Shown: positions 62,900 to 64,000 of the stretch, piece after piece
Layout of the letters: each line of letters starts with the position of its first letter
How positions within the stretch are numbered: position 1 is the first letter of the stretch
Assembly (NCBI RefSeq): GCF_001194135.2
Contig: NC_068989.1
Span: 38,837,041 to 38,901,040, forward strand
DNA: 64,000 nucleotides
Direction of reading: 5' to 3'
Source of the DNA: Octopus bimaculoides
Lineage: Eukaryota
Notes under the pieces: generated by a model
Told to the model about the DNA's origin: nothing
What the model saw: the letters and a program-made list of their open reading frames with translations, nothing else
Databases searched by the model: none
Program-made: the position numbers and the translations under genes

Positions 62900-63360
62900 C
62901 TCAGTTACCATAGCAGTCCTGATGGTAGGTGCTGCACAGCAGACTGTGTACTGAACTTGAGCCACTTTCATAACATCCAGTGGTATCACAAGATATTACA
63001 GTTGTGACAACCAGTGATTTCAAGGAAAGATTTAAGCAACATATGTGCTCTTTCAGGTGAAGGGATAGGGATAATCCATTCTCCTTATCCAGCTTAAGCT
63101 AGAGGCTCTGCAACAAAGAAAATTACTTCTCAAACACCATGTGGAGCATCCTTGACAGAACCTCTCCTTGCTTACTTGGAGTTCATAGTTACCAAATCTG
63201 CATATGTGAGAAAGTGCATATACTGCAACAGCTTGTTGTATCCATCAACAAGAAAACTCATCTATTATATAACAAACACCAAAGATATGGTTGCTGAAAA
63301 GATTACCTTACTTCTAGCTAACTCATGCACAACTTCAAAATACATAATACCTGTTTTCCA
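62900..63360 (+). mobile_element. Penelope-like GIY-YIG endonuclease remnant
   Basis: By hand: PDGRCCTADCV / ATFITSSGITRYY / TTSDFKERFKQHMCSFR*RDRDN...LS...WSILDRTSPCLLGVHSYQICICEKVHIL; same type as 16975-17280. Confidence 0.78.
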
Positions 63361-63865
63361 ATAGTGAGACTTCTTCCCTTTTGCATACCATTATAGTAAC
63401 CACCATTACCCACCAAAACTTAAAGCCCAATCTATGCTTGACACACATATTAATGTGTAATCTAGCACCACCTGTATTAGATAGAGTATCAGTATCTAAC
63501 ATCACTAAATTCTCAAACCTTACAGGCTGTTAACTATCACCAATGGACTGTCACCTTTACTATATGGCATCATATAACAATTTTCTAGTGTCACTGTTTT
63601 ATAAAACTGTTTATACAACTTAAACTGACCAATGGAAGCCAAAATATTCTCTTTAAAATTTTTTTATTCAGTCTGCATACACTGGAGCATGTAGATGTAC
63701 ATCTGTGCCAACGAATCTTTAAGTAATGTATAACTGTATCAGTCTTATATCCACTATTAATAACTCCAACTAAATGCAATGAGTACCAATTTTTCATTTT
63801 GCACTTGTTTGTAGGTGAAAAATATATGTGAATAAGTATATTCAAATATATGCTTATATATATAT

Positions 63866-64000
63866 GGCGTTAGGAAGGGCATCCAGCTGTAGAAACTCTG
63901 CCAAATCAGATTGGAGCCTGGTGTAGCCATCTAGTTTCACCAGTCCTCAGTCTAATCGTCCAACCCATGCTAGCATGGAAAGCGGACTTTAAACGATGAT
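63866..64000 (+). repeat. Young RTE-type 3' tail, inserted after (TA)n and cut by the window edge
   Basis: ggcgttaggaagggcatccagctgtagaaac...catgctagcatggaaagcggactttaaacgatgat. Confidence 0.85.

Noticed and set aside
1-64000. CRISPR arrays, rRNA genes, operon-like organisation
   Set aside because: None seen; the DNA is eukaryotic and repeat-derived.

Overview
AT-rich (roughly one third GC by eye), microsatellite-dense eukaryotic DNA with ten N-gaps. The repeat repertoire (several tRNA-derived SINE families, RTE tails ending in (GAT)n, long (TA)n/(CA)n/(AAT)n runs) looks to me like an octopus genome; this is inference from recalled repeat families, not a database hit. I found no host protein-coding gene I can support. 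Nearly all listed ORFs are microsatellite or gap artefacts, or broken transposon ORFs. The window is a transposon graveyard: RTE LINE pieces, two Dong/R4 3' ends, a CR1-like ORF2, a Tigger/pogo transposase and a Tigger-type MITE, a Helitron helicase, at least four Penelope-like (PLE) remnants, and many SINEs (my labels A, B, C, plus a 550-600 bp (AAT)n-embedded family F). The best leads are three different minimal hammerhead-ribozyme-like motifs (16139-16184 with relatives at 16233-16278 and 44916-44960; 34314-34353; 41666-41698). One of them sits in a tRNA-headed unit that inserted as a head-to-head inverted dimer with a 13-bp target duplication inside a Penelope remnant. There is also a roughly 530-640 bp long inverted repeat at 39666-41469. 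Boundaries of decayed elements are approximate, and all translations outside the supplied ORF track were done by hand.
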